Shown piece after piece: positions 52,023 through 64,000 of a DNA stretch of 64,000 bases. Each line of letters begins with the position of its first letter. Positions within the stretch are counted from its first letter, which is position 1. Source of the stretch: Scyliorhinus canicula (Eukaryota). The DNA is taken from the NCBI RefSeq assembly GCF_902713615.1, contig NC_052160.1, positions 44,919,860-44,983,859 on the forward strand. Reading direction: 5' to 3'. Below the pieces are notes generated by a model. It was not told the origin of the DNA. It searched no databases and worked only from the letters and a program-made list of their open reading frames with translations. Both the position numbers and the translations under genes were made by a program.

Positions 52023-55000
52023 CTATCTCTGATCCAGAAAGTCAAGGAAGGGCTGCCACCGCCGGAAGAACCCCTGTACCGACCCTCTCAGGGCGAATTT
52101 GATTCTTTCCAATTGGATGAAGCTTGCCATGTCGTTTAACCAGGTGTTAACACTTGGTGGCCTTGTGTCCCTCCACTGAATCAAGATCCTTCTCCGAGCT
52201 ACAAGGACGCAAAGGCCAATATTCCGGCCTCCCTTGCCTCCTGTACTCCTGGCTCCACCCCAACCCCAAAAATCGCTAGCCCCCACCCTGGTTTGACCCT
52301 GGTTCCCACCACTCTCGATACCGTCCCCGCCACTCCCTCCCAGAACTCTTCCAGTGCCGGGCACATCCAGAACATATGTACATGGTTCGCAGGGCTTCCC
52401 GAACACCTAACACACCTGTCCTCACCCCCGAAGAACCGACTCATCCTAGTCCCCGTCATATGGGCTCTGTGCAGCACCTTAAATTGGATGAGGCCCAACC
52501 TTGCGCACGACGACGACGAATTGACCCTCTCTAAGGCATCCGCCCATGTCCCATCTTCTATCTGCTCTCCCAGCTCCGCTTCCCACTTGTCTTTCAGCTC
52601 CTCTATCGATACCTCCTCCACCTCCTGCATTATTTTGTAGATGTCCGAGACCTTCCCTTCTCCGACCCAGACCCCTGACAGCACCCTATCACTCACCCCT
52701 CTATCGGGAAGCAAGGGAAATCCTTCCACCTGTCGTCTGGCAAATGCCTTCACCTGCAGGTATCTAAACGTGTTCCCCGGGGGGAGCTCAAATTTCTCCT
52801 CCAGCTCTCCCAGGCTCGCAAACCTCCCCTCTATGAACATGTCCCTCAGTTGCCTGATGCCCGCCCTGTGCCAGCTCTGGAATCCCCCGCCAGTGTTCCC
52901 CGGGACAAATCTGTGGTTCCCTCTCAGTGGCGCCGCCATCAGACCCCCCACTTCCCCCCTGTGTCGCCTCCACTGCCCCCAGATTTTCAGGGTGGCCGCC
53001 ACTACCGGACTCGTGGTATACCTTGTGGGGGGGAGCGGCCATGGTGCCGTTACTAGCGCCCCCAGGCTTGTATTGCCGCAGGACGCCCTCTCCATACGTT
53101 TCCAAGCTGCCCCCTCCCCCTCCATCACCCACTTGCGCACCATCGATGCGTTCGCCGCCCAGTAGTATCCGGAAAGATTGGGCAGCGCTAATCCTCCCCT
53201 GTCCCTACTCCGTTCCAAGAAAATCCTTCTCACTCTAGGGGTGCCATGTGCCCACACATAGCCCATAATGCTGCTAGTTACCTTCTTGAAGAAGGCCCTG
53301 GGGAGAAAGATGGGCAAGCACTGAAACAGAAACAAGAACCTCGGGAGGACCGTCATTTTGACTGACTGCACCCTCCCTGCTAGCGACAGCGGTACCATGT
53401 CCCACCTCTTGAACTCCTCCTCCATCTGCTCCACCAGCCTTGAAAAGTTCAGCTTGTGGAGGGTCCCGCACTTCCTTGCCACCTGCACCCCCAAGTACCT
53501 GAAGCTCTTTACTGCTCTCTTAAAGGGGAGCCGCCCAATTCCCTCCCCCTGATCTCCCGGGTGTATCACAAAGACCTCACTTTTACCCACATTTAATTTA
53601 TATCCCGAAAAGTCCCCAAACTCCGCTAGTATTTCCATTACCTCCGGCATTCCCCCTTCCGGGTCCGCCACATATAACAACAAATCATCCGCATAGAGTG
53701 ATACCCGATGTTCCTCCCCTCCCCTTGTCAGTCCTCTCCACCCCCCTGAACCCCTCAGTGCCATCGGCAACGGTTCGATCGCTAATGCAAATAGTAAGGG
53801 GGATAGGGGGCATCCCTGCCTGGTACCTCGATGGAGCCCAAAATACTCTGACCTCCTCCCGTTTGTAACCACACTCGCCCTCGGGGCCGAATACAGCAGC
53901 TTCACCCACTTGATAAATCCCTCCCCAAACCCAAACCGTTCCAGCGTCTCCCACAGGTATTCCCACTCCACCCTATCGAATGCCTTCTCCGCATCCAGTG
54001 CTACCACTATCTCAGCCTCCCCCTCCACTGCTGGCATCATAATCACATTCAACAGTCTCCGGACATTTGTGTTAAGTTGTCGTCCCTTTACGAACCCCGT
54101 CTGGTCCTCATGGATTACCCCTGGCACACAATCCTCTATTCTGGTTGCCAGGACCTTTGCCAACAGTTTGGCATCTACATTCAAGAGGGAGATAGGCCTG
54201 TAGGACCCGCACTGTACAGGGTCTTTGTCCCGCTTCAGGATCAAGGAGATCAGGGCCTGTGACATTGTCGGGGGCAGAACCCCCCCCTCTCGCGCCTCAT
54301 TGAAGGCTCGCACCAGCACTGGACCCACCAAGTCCACATACTTCTTATAAAATTCCACCGGGAACCCATCCGGCCCCGGCGCCTTCCCCGCCTGCATCTG
54401 GCCTATCCCTTTAACTAGCTCCTGCAGCTCTATCGGCGCCCCCAGCCCCTCCACCCGTTCCTCCTGGACCTTTGGGAACCTCAATCTATCGAGGAAGTTC
54501 TCCATTCCCCCCCTCCTCCTGGGCGGCTCAGACCGGTACAATTCCCTGTAGAAATCCCTGAAGACCCCGTTCACCTCTTGCCCCTTCTGCACTACGTTCC
54601 CTCCCTTCTCTCTCACTCCCCCAATCTCTCTGGCTGCCTCTCGCTTGCGCAGCTGGTGTGCTAGCATCCTGCTCGCCTTTTCCCCGTACTCATAGACCGC
54701 GCCCTGTGCCCTTCTCCATTGCGTCTCCGCCTTCCTAGTGGTCAGTAGGTCAAACTGGGCCTGTAAACTGCGCCGCTCCCTCAACAGCCCCTCCTCTGGT
54801 GTCTCCGCATATCTCCTGTCCACTACTATAAGTTCCCCCACCAGTCTCTCCCTCTCCTGCCTCTCCTTCCTTTCTCTGTGTGCCCTTATGGAGATCAGCT
54901 CTCCTCTGATCACTGCTTTCAGGGCCTCCCAGACTACCCCCACCTTCACCTCGCCCGTGTCGTTCGTGCCCAGATATCTCTCAATGCCCTTCCGGACCCT

Positions 55001-55816
55001 TCCGCACACCTCATCGTCCGCCAGCAGCCCCACATCCAGGCGCCACAACGGGCGCTGGTCCCGTGCTTCCCCCAGTTCTACCTCTACCCAGTGTGGTGCA
55101 TGGTCCGAAATCGCAATGGCCGAGTACTCCGTGTCCTGCACTCTCGAAATCAGCCCCCTGCTCAGTACAAAAAAGTCTATTCTGGAGTACACCCTGTGGA
55201 CGTGGGAGAAAAAAGAATACTCCCTCGCCCTTGGCCTGCCAAATCTCCAAGGGTCTACCCCCCCCATCTGCTCCATGAACCCCCTTAGCACCTCTGCCGC
55301 TGCCGGCCTCCTATTCGTCCTGGAACTCGATCTGTCCAGCCCAGGGTCGAGCACTGTATTGAAGTCCCCCCCCATGATCAGGCCCCCTGCCTCCAGACCC
55401 GGAATGAGGCCCAACAGGCGCCTCATAAAACCCGCGTCATCCCAATTCGGGGCATACACATTCACCAGCACCACATTCTCTCCCTGCAGCCTACCCTTCA
55501 CCATCACGTACCTACCCTCCTTATCTGCTACCACCTGCGCCGCCACGAACGACACCCTCTTTCCCACCAGAATCGCCACCCCCCGGTTCTTTGCGTCCAA
55601 GCCTGAGTGGAACACCTGTCCCACCCACCCCCTTCTCAGGCGTAACTGGTCTACTACTCTCAAGTGAGTCTCCTGCAACATTGCCACATCCACCTGCAGT
55701 CCCTTTAGGTGTGAAAAAACCCTTGCTCTCTTGACCGGCCCATTCAGCCCCCTCACGTTCCAAGTAATCAACCGGGTCGCGGAGCGACCTGTCCCTTTCC
55801 CCTGTCTATTAGCCAT
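52023..55816 (-). CDS. L1 ORF2p (APE endonuclease, RT, Cys-rich C-terminus), one 1-nt frameshift at ~52200
   Basis: LITWNVRGLN, LQETH, NVYAPN, GGDFN, SRIDF, ISDH; RQGCPLSP, YADD; CVRC..HMFWMC. The C-terminus continues in the frame of ORF 52023-52406. Confidence 0.93.
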
Positions 55817-56755
55817 GTCCTGTCCCCTGTTCGCCCCGGGTCGACCCTCCCCTTCTGACGATGCCCCCCCCCCCCCCCTCTCCTCCCGTTCTTCCCTTCC
55901 CGTCCTCGGCCTTTCCAGCAGCAACCCGGTATCACCCCCTAACCCCCCTTCCCCCCCCCCCCCCCCCCCCCCCCCCCTGGCTAGGACCCCTCCTAGCCGC
56001 GGTGTATCCACCATCGTACTCCCGAGAGTCAGCTGATTTTCGCTGACCCGGCTGCCCCTGCCACACTCCGACTCCTCCCGATGTGGGGGGGAGGGGCCTC
56101 CCCCCCCCCCTTGCCATCCCTCTCTGACCCCGCTTCAGCGCGGGAAAAGCCGCCATTGCTGGCCACACCCCACTCTTCTCTCCTCCCCCTTCCTCCGTCC
56201 CGCGCGCGGGAAACAGGGGAAAGCCCGCGCTTTCGCCCGGCCACACCCTACCCCGCCATCTTCAATTCCACCCCCGTCCCCATCCAAGCCCATAAAAAAG
56301 CCCCCTTAAAACGAGAGGAAGAAAAAGAGAAAAAGAAAACACGCATAACCAATTTGCACCCCCCCCGTCCCGCCTCCCCAACTTAATATAACAATATAAA
56401 TAACAAATCTCAAATAAATACATAAATACATAACTATGCCTGCATAACTAAATAACTACCCAATAATAACGTATTTAACCATCACCCTCCATCGAACAGA
56501 ACAGTAACCATAACCCTTAAAGAACAGATCAAAAAACAGTAAAAAAAGCCCCCCCTGCAACAACAATAATTAAGGGAAGTTGGCAACGGGAAGAGACACA
56601 CAAAAAGGAACAAAGAAACCCCCCATAACACAAGTTTCAAAGAAACCAAACGATCCATCAACTTTAACCAAGTTCCGACCTGGCCTAAGAAAGACATGGG
56701 CCACTTGATCAGTCAAGGGTACTCGGGCGGCCTCGACCGCCGGCGTTCCCAAGTT

Positions 56756-57601
56756 CTAGTTCAGGTCCAGCTTTTCCTCCCGAACAAAAGTTCATGCCTC
56801 CTCTGGGGTCTCAAAGTAATGGTGCTGGTCCTTGTAGGTGACCCACAAGCGCGCTGGCTGCAGCATTCCAAACTTGATCCTTTTTGCGTGCAGCACTGCC
56901 TTCGTCCGGTTAAACCGGGCCCGCCGCTTTGCCACCTCCGCACTCCAGTCCTGATATATCCGCACCGTCGAATTCTCCCATTTGCTGCTTTTCTCCCTCT
57001 TGGCCCACCTCAGCACTTTCTCCCGATCACAGAAACGCTGGAATCGCACCAGCACCGCCCTCGGGGGCTCGTTCGCCCTAGGCCGCCTAGCCATGACCCG
57101 ATATGCTTCTTCCAGCTCCAGAGGCGATGGACCGGCCCCCTCTCCCATCAGGGAGCTCAGCATCTCCGCTACATATTTCGGGAGATCAGGCCCCTCCAGG
57201 CCTTCTGCTAGGCCCAGGATCCTCAAGTTCTTCCGCCTCATTCGAGTGTCCAGCTCCTCAAAGCGGCTCTGCCATTTCAGGTGGAGTGCCTCGTGCACCT
57301 CCACCTTTCCCACGAGGACCGTGGCCTCCTCCTCCCTTGCAGTCATCTCCTGCTGCAGCTCTCTTATCGACGCCTCTTGGGTCGCCTGGGCCCCCATCAG
57401 CCTTGTGGTCGTCGCGTTCATAGACTCTAAGAGTTCCACTTTCAGCTCCGTAAAACACCGGAGGAGAGCGGCCTGCTGCTCCTCCGCCCATTTTCTCCAA
57501 TCTTCTAGTGCGCCACCGGCCGCCATTTTGGTCCTCTTCCCCCGCTTTTTTCGGGGAGCTGCTGCCGCTTTTTTTGTCGCCCCACTCCGAGTACCGACCA
57601 T
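56756..57601 (-). CDS. L1 ORF1p (coiled coil, RRM, CTD) with a probable premature TGA at 56792-56794
   Basis: RRKNLRILGLAEG, PRAVLVRF, IYQDWS..RR motifs. Read-through of the TGA gives TFVREEKLDLN*. Start codon uncertain. Confidence 0.85.
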
Positions 57602-58608
57602 AAAGTTGGTCTCACTCTCCTCAGGGAGCCTTCCCCCACCGGGATTCGTCTTTACAGTACCGTCGGGGCCCTCCAATCGGCCCTTAAACACCTTTGTCGC
57701 AGGAGCTGCCAAATGTGCGACTTAGCTGGTCATAGCCGCAACCGGAAGTCACATCTCAAACAATGACACGTCAGACTACAGAAGGGAGATAAATCACTTG
57801 GTTGCATGGTGTACCGAAAACAACCTATCTAAATGTTAGTAAAACCAAGGAATTGATCATTGACTTCAGGAAGCGTAGTACGACACACTCCCCCATCTAC
57901 ATCAATGGCTCTGAAGTGGAGATGGTCGATAGCTTTATGTTCCTGGGGGTCACCATTACCAACAGTCTGTCCTGGTCCACTCACGTTGATGCAACAGTCA
58001 AGAAAGCCCAACAACGTCTCTACTTCCGCGGAAGCCAAAGAAATTTGGCATGCCTGCATCGACTCTCACAAACCTCTACAGATGTGCCATAGAGAACATC
58101 CTATCCGGCTGCATCACAGCTTGGTATGGCAACTGCTCGGCCCAAGATCACAAGAAACTGCAGAGTGTGGTGAACTCAGCCCAGCGGATCACACACGCTT
58201 GCCACCCTCCCATTGATTCTGTCTACACCTCCTGCTGCCTCAGGATGGCAAACAGCATTGTCAGAGACCCCTCGCCCCCAGGCTTTGCCCTCTTCCAGAC
58301 CCTTCCATCAGGCAGAAGATGCAGAAGTATGAAGACCCGTACATCCAGACATAGGTACAGCTTCTTCCCCACAGCTACTAGACTCCTCAACGACTCTCCC
58401 TCGCACTGATCTGTTCGCTGTAATAACACTATTCACGTGCCCTATGCTGCTCTTGCTCATGTTGTATTTGCCTGGTTTGGCCCTTGTTCCGCACTGTCAC
58501 CAATTGCTTATATATTGATTATTCTTTTTGTCTACTGTGTACATTCCCTTGGCTGCAGAAAAATACTTTTCATTGTACTTTGATACATGTGACAATAAAT
58601 CAATCAAT

Positions 58609-58959
58609 CTACCACCTTGGCCAGGTCCTCGCTTCTCTGCTGGCTAAACTTCTCATTTAAAAAGTCCACCAGCTGCACCATTGACCACTGGGCGGGAAGA
58701 ACGGGCCCTTTCCCCTCCGCCATCTTGACCTGTGGCGCACAGATTCTCCTGCTCCACCAGCTCCCTTCTTCTCGACCCACTCCTAGTTTGTGGATCCATC
58801 CACCAGTCACACCAGAGGAGTTACACTTTCTCCTGACACTCCTACACCTCTTTCCATCCAAAATACCACACCTCAGACAGGGAAAGGACATAAAAATCCA
58901 CCGTGAGCAGGAACTACCAAATGTGCGACCGCTCACTCCATGGCCACAACCGGAAGTCC
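58609..58959 (-). mobile_element. 5' end (5' UTR plus start of ORF1) of an older L1 family
   Basis: Begins GACTTCCGGTTGTGGCCATGG..GTCGCACATTTGG, like the 5' end of the intact L1. Confidence 0.75.
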
Positions 58960-59349
58960 ATCCACTGGAAATAGTTTCTATCTACACCTGTCTGTTCCCC
59001 TTAATGGAACAAAGGATTGCATTTATTTGGCATTTTCATGACTCAGGATGTCCGAATGCTTTAAAAGTATTCAAATGACTCTCCTTTACCCAAACTCAAT
59101 TTTAATATTCAGTCCAAAGATGTCTGAACTAGGAGGGGAGAAATGTCTTGTCTTTTTGTCTATCGTTTCAGATCCTGAAATTAAATTGTTAAATCGTTTA
59201 ATTAAATCATTAAAACATTTAATCGTTTCAGATTCCAGCATTCGCAGTAATTCGCTTTTAAGAAATGTCTCGTACAGTTTATCGTGGTCCATGTGCTCTA
59301 TGGCACCCTATCTGTTTAAGTGGATAGATCCCAGATCCAAACAATTGGT

Positions 59350-59541
59350 AAGAAGTCTTACAACACCAGGTTAAAGTCCAACAGGTTTTTTTAAAATCAC
59401 TAGCTTTCGGAGCACTGCTCCTTCCTCAGGTCCGAAAGTGCTCCGAAAGCTAGTGACTTGAAACAAATCTGTTGGACTTTAACCTGGTATTGTAAGACTT
59501 CTTACTGTGCTCACCCCAGTCCAACGCCGGCAGCTCCACAT
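59350..59541. mobile_element. Short fold-back Penelope-derived element with hammerhead motif
   Basis: ~70-bp inverted arms, 12-bp direct repeat CAAACAATTGGT (59338-59349, 59542-59553), shared sequence with 23154-23260. Confidence 0.8.
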
Positions 59542-60067
59542 CAAACAATTGGTGAAAGGTCTTCAACCCGAAACATTAACTCTGTCTCTCTCCATTGATA
59601 CTGCCTGACCCGCTGAGTATTTCCAGCATTTTCTGTTTTTATTATAGATTTCCAGTATCTGTAGTATTTTGCTTTTGTATATATTGCCAGAGACACTAGC
59701 TGGTCCTAAAACTGCACCAGACAAGAGAAAAAAAGCTTGCATTTATGTAATGTCCTTTGTCTGGTTTAGGGGCTGGTTTAGCTCACTCGGCTAAATCGCT
59801 GGCTTTTAAAGCAGACCAAGCAGGCCAGCAGCACGGTTCGATTCCCGTACCAGCCTCCCCGGACAGGCGCCGGAATGTGGCGACTAGGGGCTTTTCACAG
59901 TAACTTCATTGAAGCCTACTCGTGATAATAAGCGATTTTCATTTTTTCATTTCATTTGTCTCTACAGGGTATCCCAAAGGTGGCAGTTTAATGATATAAT
60001 CTTGTAAACCCCTTGGCCCCTCGCACAAAATAATGAAAGCAGCATCCAGTCAGGTCTAGAAATAATT

Positions 60068-60073
60068 TTTATT
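60068..60073 (-). terminator. Candidate MLST8 polyadenylation signal
   Basis: TTTATT on + (AATAAA on -), ~670 nt past the stop. Confidence 0.45.
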
Positions 60074-60740
60074 TGTGTGCAATTTTAATGATTTTCCTTA
60101 ACAGCAGCTTAATGATTCAGACACTTAGTGACTGTATGGTAAAATCATTAGTCCATATTCTCACACTGCAAATTGTTAGGTGGTTTGCAGATCAAACAAC
60201 TTCCATTGTAGGAGTAAAAGCAAACTAGTGTTATTAACTAGCTTCTCTCCTGGATTGATACTCGTACATAGCAGGAAAAATACATTAACATTGCGCAAGA
60301 TATACTTAACTTATGCCCTCAAAATATTTACATCATCACTACCAGCAATAAACTTATACTTACCAACACCTCACTCCAGTATGCTTCAGATGATCCACAT
60401 TCAAAAGCACAGAATCTAGAATTGTGTTGCTGGGAGTTTTTCCAGTTCAGGTGGACACGATATGAAAATTTCACTCAGCTCTGAGCTTTACTGAAATCTT
60501 AGTGCAAGAACTGAAGCTTACTGGATCGTTACTTACAACTTCATAGGTCATGTCATAGTCGAGTCTGCCAAAGGTACATACAGAAACGTTCCAGCCCTCA
60601 GTTGTCTTTTTATAGAAACTTCCAAAGAACCAATCTGGCTGGGAGCTATTTCAGCAAGAGCTTGGAACGGGAAAAGGAATAGGGGCAAAGAGAGCGGTGA
60701 AAGATTGAGGAGGGGAAGGAGCAAGCTTCCTATAAAATCT

Positions 60741-60859
60741 TCAGCCCAGCACACTGTCATTAAAGGCCAGGCAGACGACTGCTTTCTGATGGCCACTGTA
60801 CTCCCGTTTAATTTCACCAGTCTCCACGCACCACAACCGCGCAAGGTTATCTGAAGAGG
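60741..60859 (-). CDS. MLST8: MLST8 (mTOR complex subunit LST8, WD40) last coding exon: (A)[38 protein letters not shown]
   Basis: CACAG acceptor, phase 1; recognisable LST8 C-terminus; TGA at 60741-60743. Confidence 0.96.
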
Positions 60860-62182
60860 CTGTGAGTGGAAAGAAGAATGTTACCTTTCAGCATGCAAAG
60901 AATTTCCATTGAACATAATAATCACCTTAACATACTTTATACATGGCTTGAGGCAATTCAATTGTAAAACCCCCACAAGCAGCCTTATTTAGTGGATAAA
61001 GTCAGCGCTACTGAATGGTTTTATTAGGCTAATGTACCTCGAGAAGAAATAACCTGCATTTATATAGCATTTCTCACAATCTTGGTACGTACCAATACAT
61101 TATACAGCTAATCACTTTTGAAGTGTAATCATTGTTGTAGTAAATGAAGCAATCAATTTCCTAACAGGAGGTCCCACAAGTAGTAGTGAGGAACTTCACC
61201 AATTTCAGTGATATTAGTTTTTCAAAATAAATTTAGAGCAGCAAGTTATTTTTATGCCAATTAAGGGGCAATTTAGTGTGGCCAATCCACCTACTCTGCA
61301 CATCTTTGGTTTGTGGGGGTGAGACCCATGCACACATTACCTAAGCTGACACTCCAGACTAATATTGTGTTGTTGGAGCTGCTGGGGAGAATGTGCAAAC
61401 TCCACACGGACAGTGACTCGGGGACTGGATCGAACCTGGGTCCTCAGTACCCTATTCAGTGATATCGGTTGAGGGATAAATAGTTGGTCAGGAGAACCTC
61501 CCTGCTAGTTTTCAAAATATGCCATGGAAACTTTTACATCCACCAAGGGGTCAGTTTGGGGCCTCAGTTTAACATCTCTTTTCTAAAGTCAGCAGCTCCA
61601 ACAACACAGCACTCTCTCAGCATTAGTCTGGAGTGTCAGCTTAGGTAATGTGTTCATGCCCTGGAGTGGGCCTTGATCTCACAACCCGAGGTTTGGGCCA
61701 CTGGGCCAAAGCTCAACTTGCAAAGCAGAGTATGTAAAGTCTTCAGTTTTATTCCAAACCCAACACACTTACAAAGTGGTCTGCCATATGTCATTTTCAC
61801 TACCTTAGCCTGTGAGACATTGATTTGGCTTCATGATATAAAATAAGGAATCAATTAGGCTTTTCATGGATCCAAATTACAAATTCTTCCAGGAACTCAA
61901 TTGTAACCTGGAGTGTCTCATCATCAATCTTCATGATACATGGTGATAATACTAGAGCAGTTCTGGGCACCAGTGTAAACAATTCTAAAATCATAGAATC
62001 CCTATGTATCGAGTCTGCACTGACAGTCTGAAAGAGCACCCATTCTAGGCCAAATCCCCCACCCTATCCCCATAACCCCATCTAATCTTTGGACACTTTT
62101 AAGCATGACCAATCCACCTAACCTGCCACCTTTGGACTGACAAAATGGAACTAGTTCCTTATTTTTAAGGTAGACTTCTCAC

Positions 62183-62346
62183 CTGTGACAATATATTGTG
62201 AATCCCCAGAGAATGCACAGTCCCACATCCAGCCCCGTGACGTCTCTCCTGGGTTGTTGCTCTTGATGCTGAGCTCTGTCATCAGCGAGAAGTTTGAAGT
62301 TCTCCATATTTTACAGGTTTGGTCGGCTGAACATGTAGCAAGAAGT
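62183..62346 (-). CDS. MLST8: MLST8 penultimate coding exon: [54 protein letters not shown]
   Basis: TTTCCTGACAG acceptor, G|GTGAGA donor, 164 nt; WD40 repeats. Upstream exons lie beyond the window. Confidence 0.96.
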
Positions 62347-64000
62347 CTGTCAGGAAAGGATAATGGGGCTTATAGCGGGACTGCAATATAGTGCAATTTA
62401 ACAGGCGGGTTAATGTGTGATTGTTCTAGAATACACAAAGAGGATGATTTGAAGCAGGATTGTTAGAAACACATAATAAACAGTGCTTTGATGTGGAATC
62501 AACCCATAATACACAATAATGGGGGAGTTACAAGGATTATACTAAAATATGTGTGAGGCTTCATTAGCCTCAGCCTTCTTAGTAGCAGCCTCTCTTACAT
62601 ACTCTGGTGCTTTTGACGTTGGTGATATATGCATTAAAAGGGTAATTCTCAGTACAGGTAATTTGTTTCTGATAAGGCCTTAATGCTTTCAGGTCCATTT
62701 GGACGTTGGCCCAGTATTCAGCCGTTGTTCAATTAAAAAAAATAATGAACAAAATACTTTGGAGGAGGGGGAACATTTAAATCAGCAACAGAAGCGCAAT
62801 AGCTCTTCCCAGAAAAATAGCCACTGCAAAGAAAGGATAGAGGAGCAGCACAAAGAACTGCTAACTGATAGATACACACCAACCATCTATCAACTATCTA
62901 CAGTGGCAAGGAGCAGCTGGTACACCTCAATACCTTATTCTGCCAGCTGTCATCACAGCTCTTTCACCAGCTTTTATTACAATAGAGTCTTGTGCAAATC
63001 CAGGATTTTGGGCAATGTTTTTGATTTGACTAACAATCAATCTCAAATAACTGGTGTACACATGAGCACACAAACCTCTGCACACAAAGCATTCAGTAGT
63101 CCATCTTAAGGCAAAAATTCAGAGCTAATACCCACATTGAATGAATTCAGGAGTTATGAATCCCACTGCAGAAGTACGTACTTGACATACTCATAAATTC
63201 TATAATCAGTGTGGGGCAAAAGTATTTACAATTTAAATAGAGGGAAGACTTGTGTTTTATAAGGCACATTAGCAAATCTCCAGAAGCATTTTATTTATTA
63301 ATTATTTTAAAAAAAATTTAGAGTACCCAATTATTTTTTTTCAAATTAAGGGGCAATTTAGCGTGGCCAATTCACCTACCCTGCACATCTTTTTGGGTTG
63401 TGGGGTTAGACCCATGCAAACATGGGGAGAATGTGCAAACTCCACATGGACAGTGACCCGGGATCCAGAAGCATTTTGAAGTGCTCAGTTACTTTGAAAT
63501 GTCGCAACTGTTACGTAGGAAAACCTGACATGTGTGAATAGGCAATGCCTTCAACAGCAAGATATAAAGATTCTTGGGAAAGCGCAGAGGAGATTTGCCA
63601 AAATGGTTCCAGTATGATGCAGCTACAAGGCGAGGCTGCAACTGAGGAGATGTATACAAGATTATGTCAGGTTTGGACACAGGTAAGCAAAAAAATGTTA
63701 TTTCTTTTAGCTGAAGGTACAAGGACTAGGGGGCATAGATTTAACATTTTGAGCAAGAGATACAAGGGGAGGTGTGGGAAAGTATTTATTTCATGGGTCA
63801 AATACTTATGACTTGGAATTCGCTGCCAATGAGGATACTGGAAGCAGAGGTGATCAATGATTTCAAAAGGAAACTGGATAGGCATGTGAGAGTAAAGGGG
63901 GAGAGAGAGCTGGCATTGACTCAACGGGCACATTACTTCCTTCTGTGCTGTAATGACTCAGATTAATATTCTGCAAATCTGTTTTGAGGGTATTGACTAA

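Larger units (their letters stand above)
51672..57750 (-). mobile_element. Young full-length L1-clade LINE (~6.1 kb)
   Basis: 5' end GACTTCCGGTTGCGG; ORF1, ~940-nt spacer, ORF2, G-rich 3' UTR, AATAAA, poly(A); 14-bp TSD ACATCTCAAACAAT (51658-51671, 57751-57764). Confidence 0.96.
49870..58608 (+). mobile_element. Rex1/Babar LINE (5' part ~49870-51020, 3' part 57765-58608) interrupted by L1 sequences
   Basis: YLTVKCHPFYLAREFTSVLITAIYIPP; NVSKTKELIIDFRK; YRCAIENILSGCITAWYGN; SFFPTATRLLN; ends TGTGACAATAAATCAATCAATC. Confidence 0.85.

Noticed and set aside
54738-57725. Long + strand ORFs (309 aa, 247 aa) opposite the L1
   Set aside because: Best explained as antisense shadows of GC-rich L1 ORFs; no recognisable motifs.
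62699-63109. 136-aa + strand ORF in an MLST8 intron
   Set aside because: Non-ATG start, no domain, no splice support.

Overview
Vertebrate nuclear DNA, not microbial. The repeat content (V-domain/HE1-type SINEs, Deu-domain SINEs, HER1/CR1, Rex1/Babar, Penelope) points to a cartilaginous fish, probably a catshark-like shark (inference). Four host genes lie in the order and orientation I recall for human 16p13.3. (1) A probable E4F1 first exon on - (8140-8203) behind a CpG/YY1/ZNF143 promoter. (2) Complete two-exon PGP on + (14746-18306, 305 aa). (3) Complete six-exon BRICD5 on + (30208-47309, 227 aa; assembled by hand because most exons are missing from the ORF track). (4) The last two coding exons of MLST8 on - (60741-62346). 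Much of the rest is transposon-derived: a full-length but decayed Gypsy (Mag-like) LTR element (8996-13579, GTGGG TSD), a young full-length L1 (51672-57750, 14-bp TSD) nested in a Rex1/Babar LINE, CR1 and L1 fragments, Penelope pieces with minimal hammerhead motifs, Harbinger and Tigger-like MITEs, and dozens of SINEs. Best leads: (a) the LTR element has no tRNA-type PBS but a perfect 15-nt complement to its own LTR, covering the AATAAA (self-priming and/or poly(A) masking); (b) one V-SINE head appears with three different tails that seem to match three different LINE partners; (c) an inverted relic of PGP exon 1 lies just past the PGP 3' end; (d) two exact local inverted templated duplications. 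Coordinates and identities were counted by hand; family names and human comparisons are from memory, not database searches.
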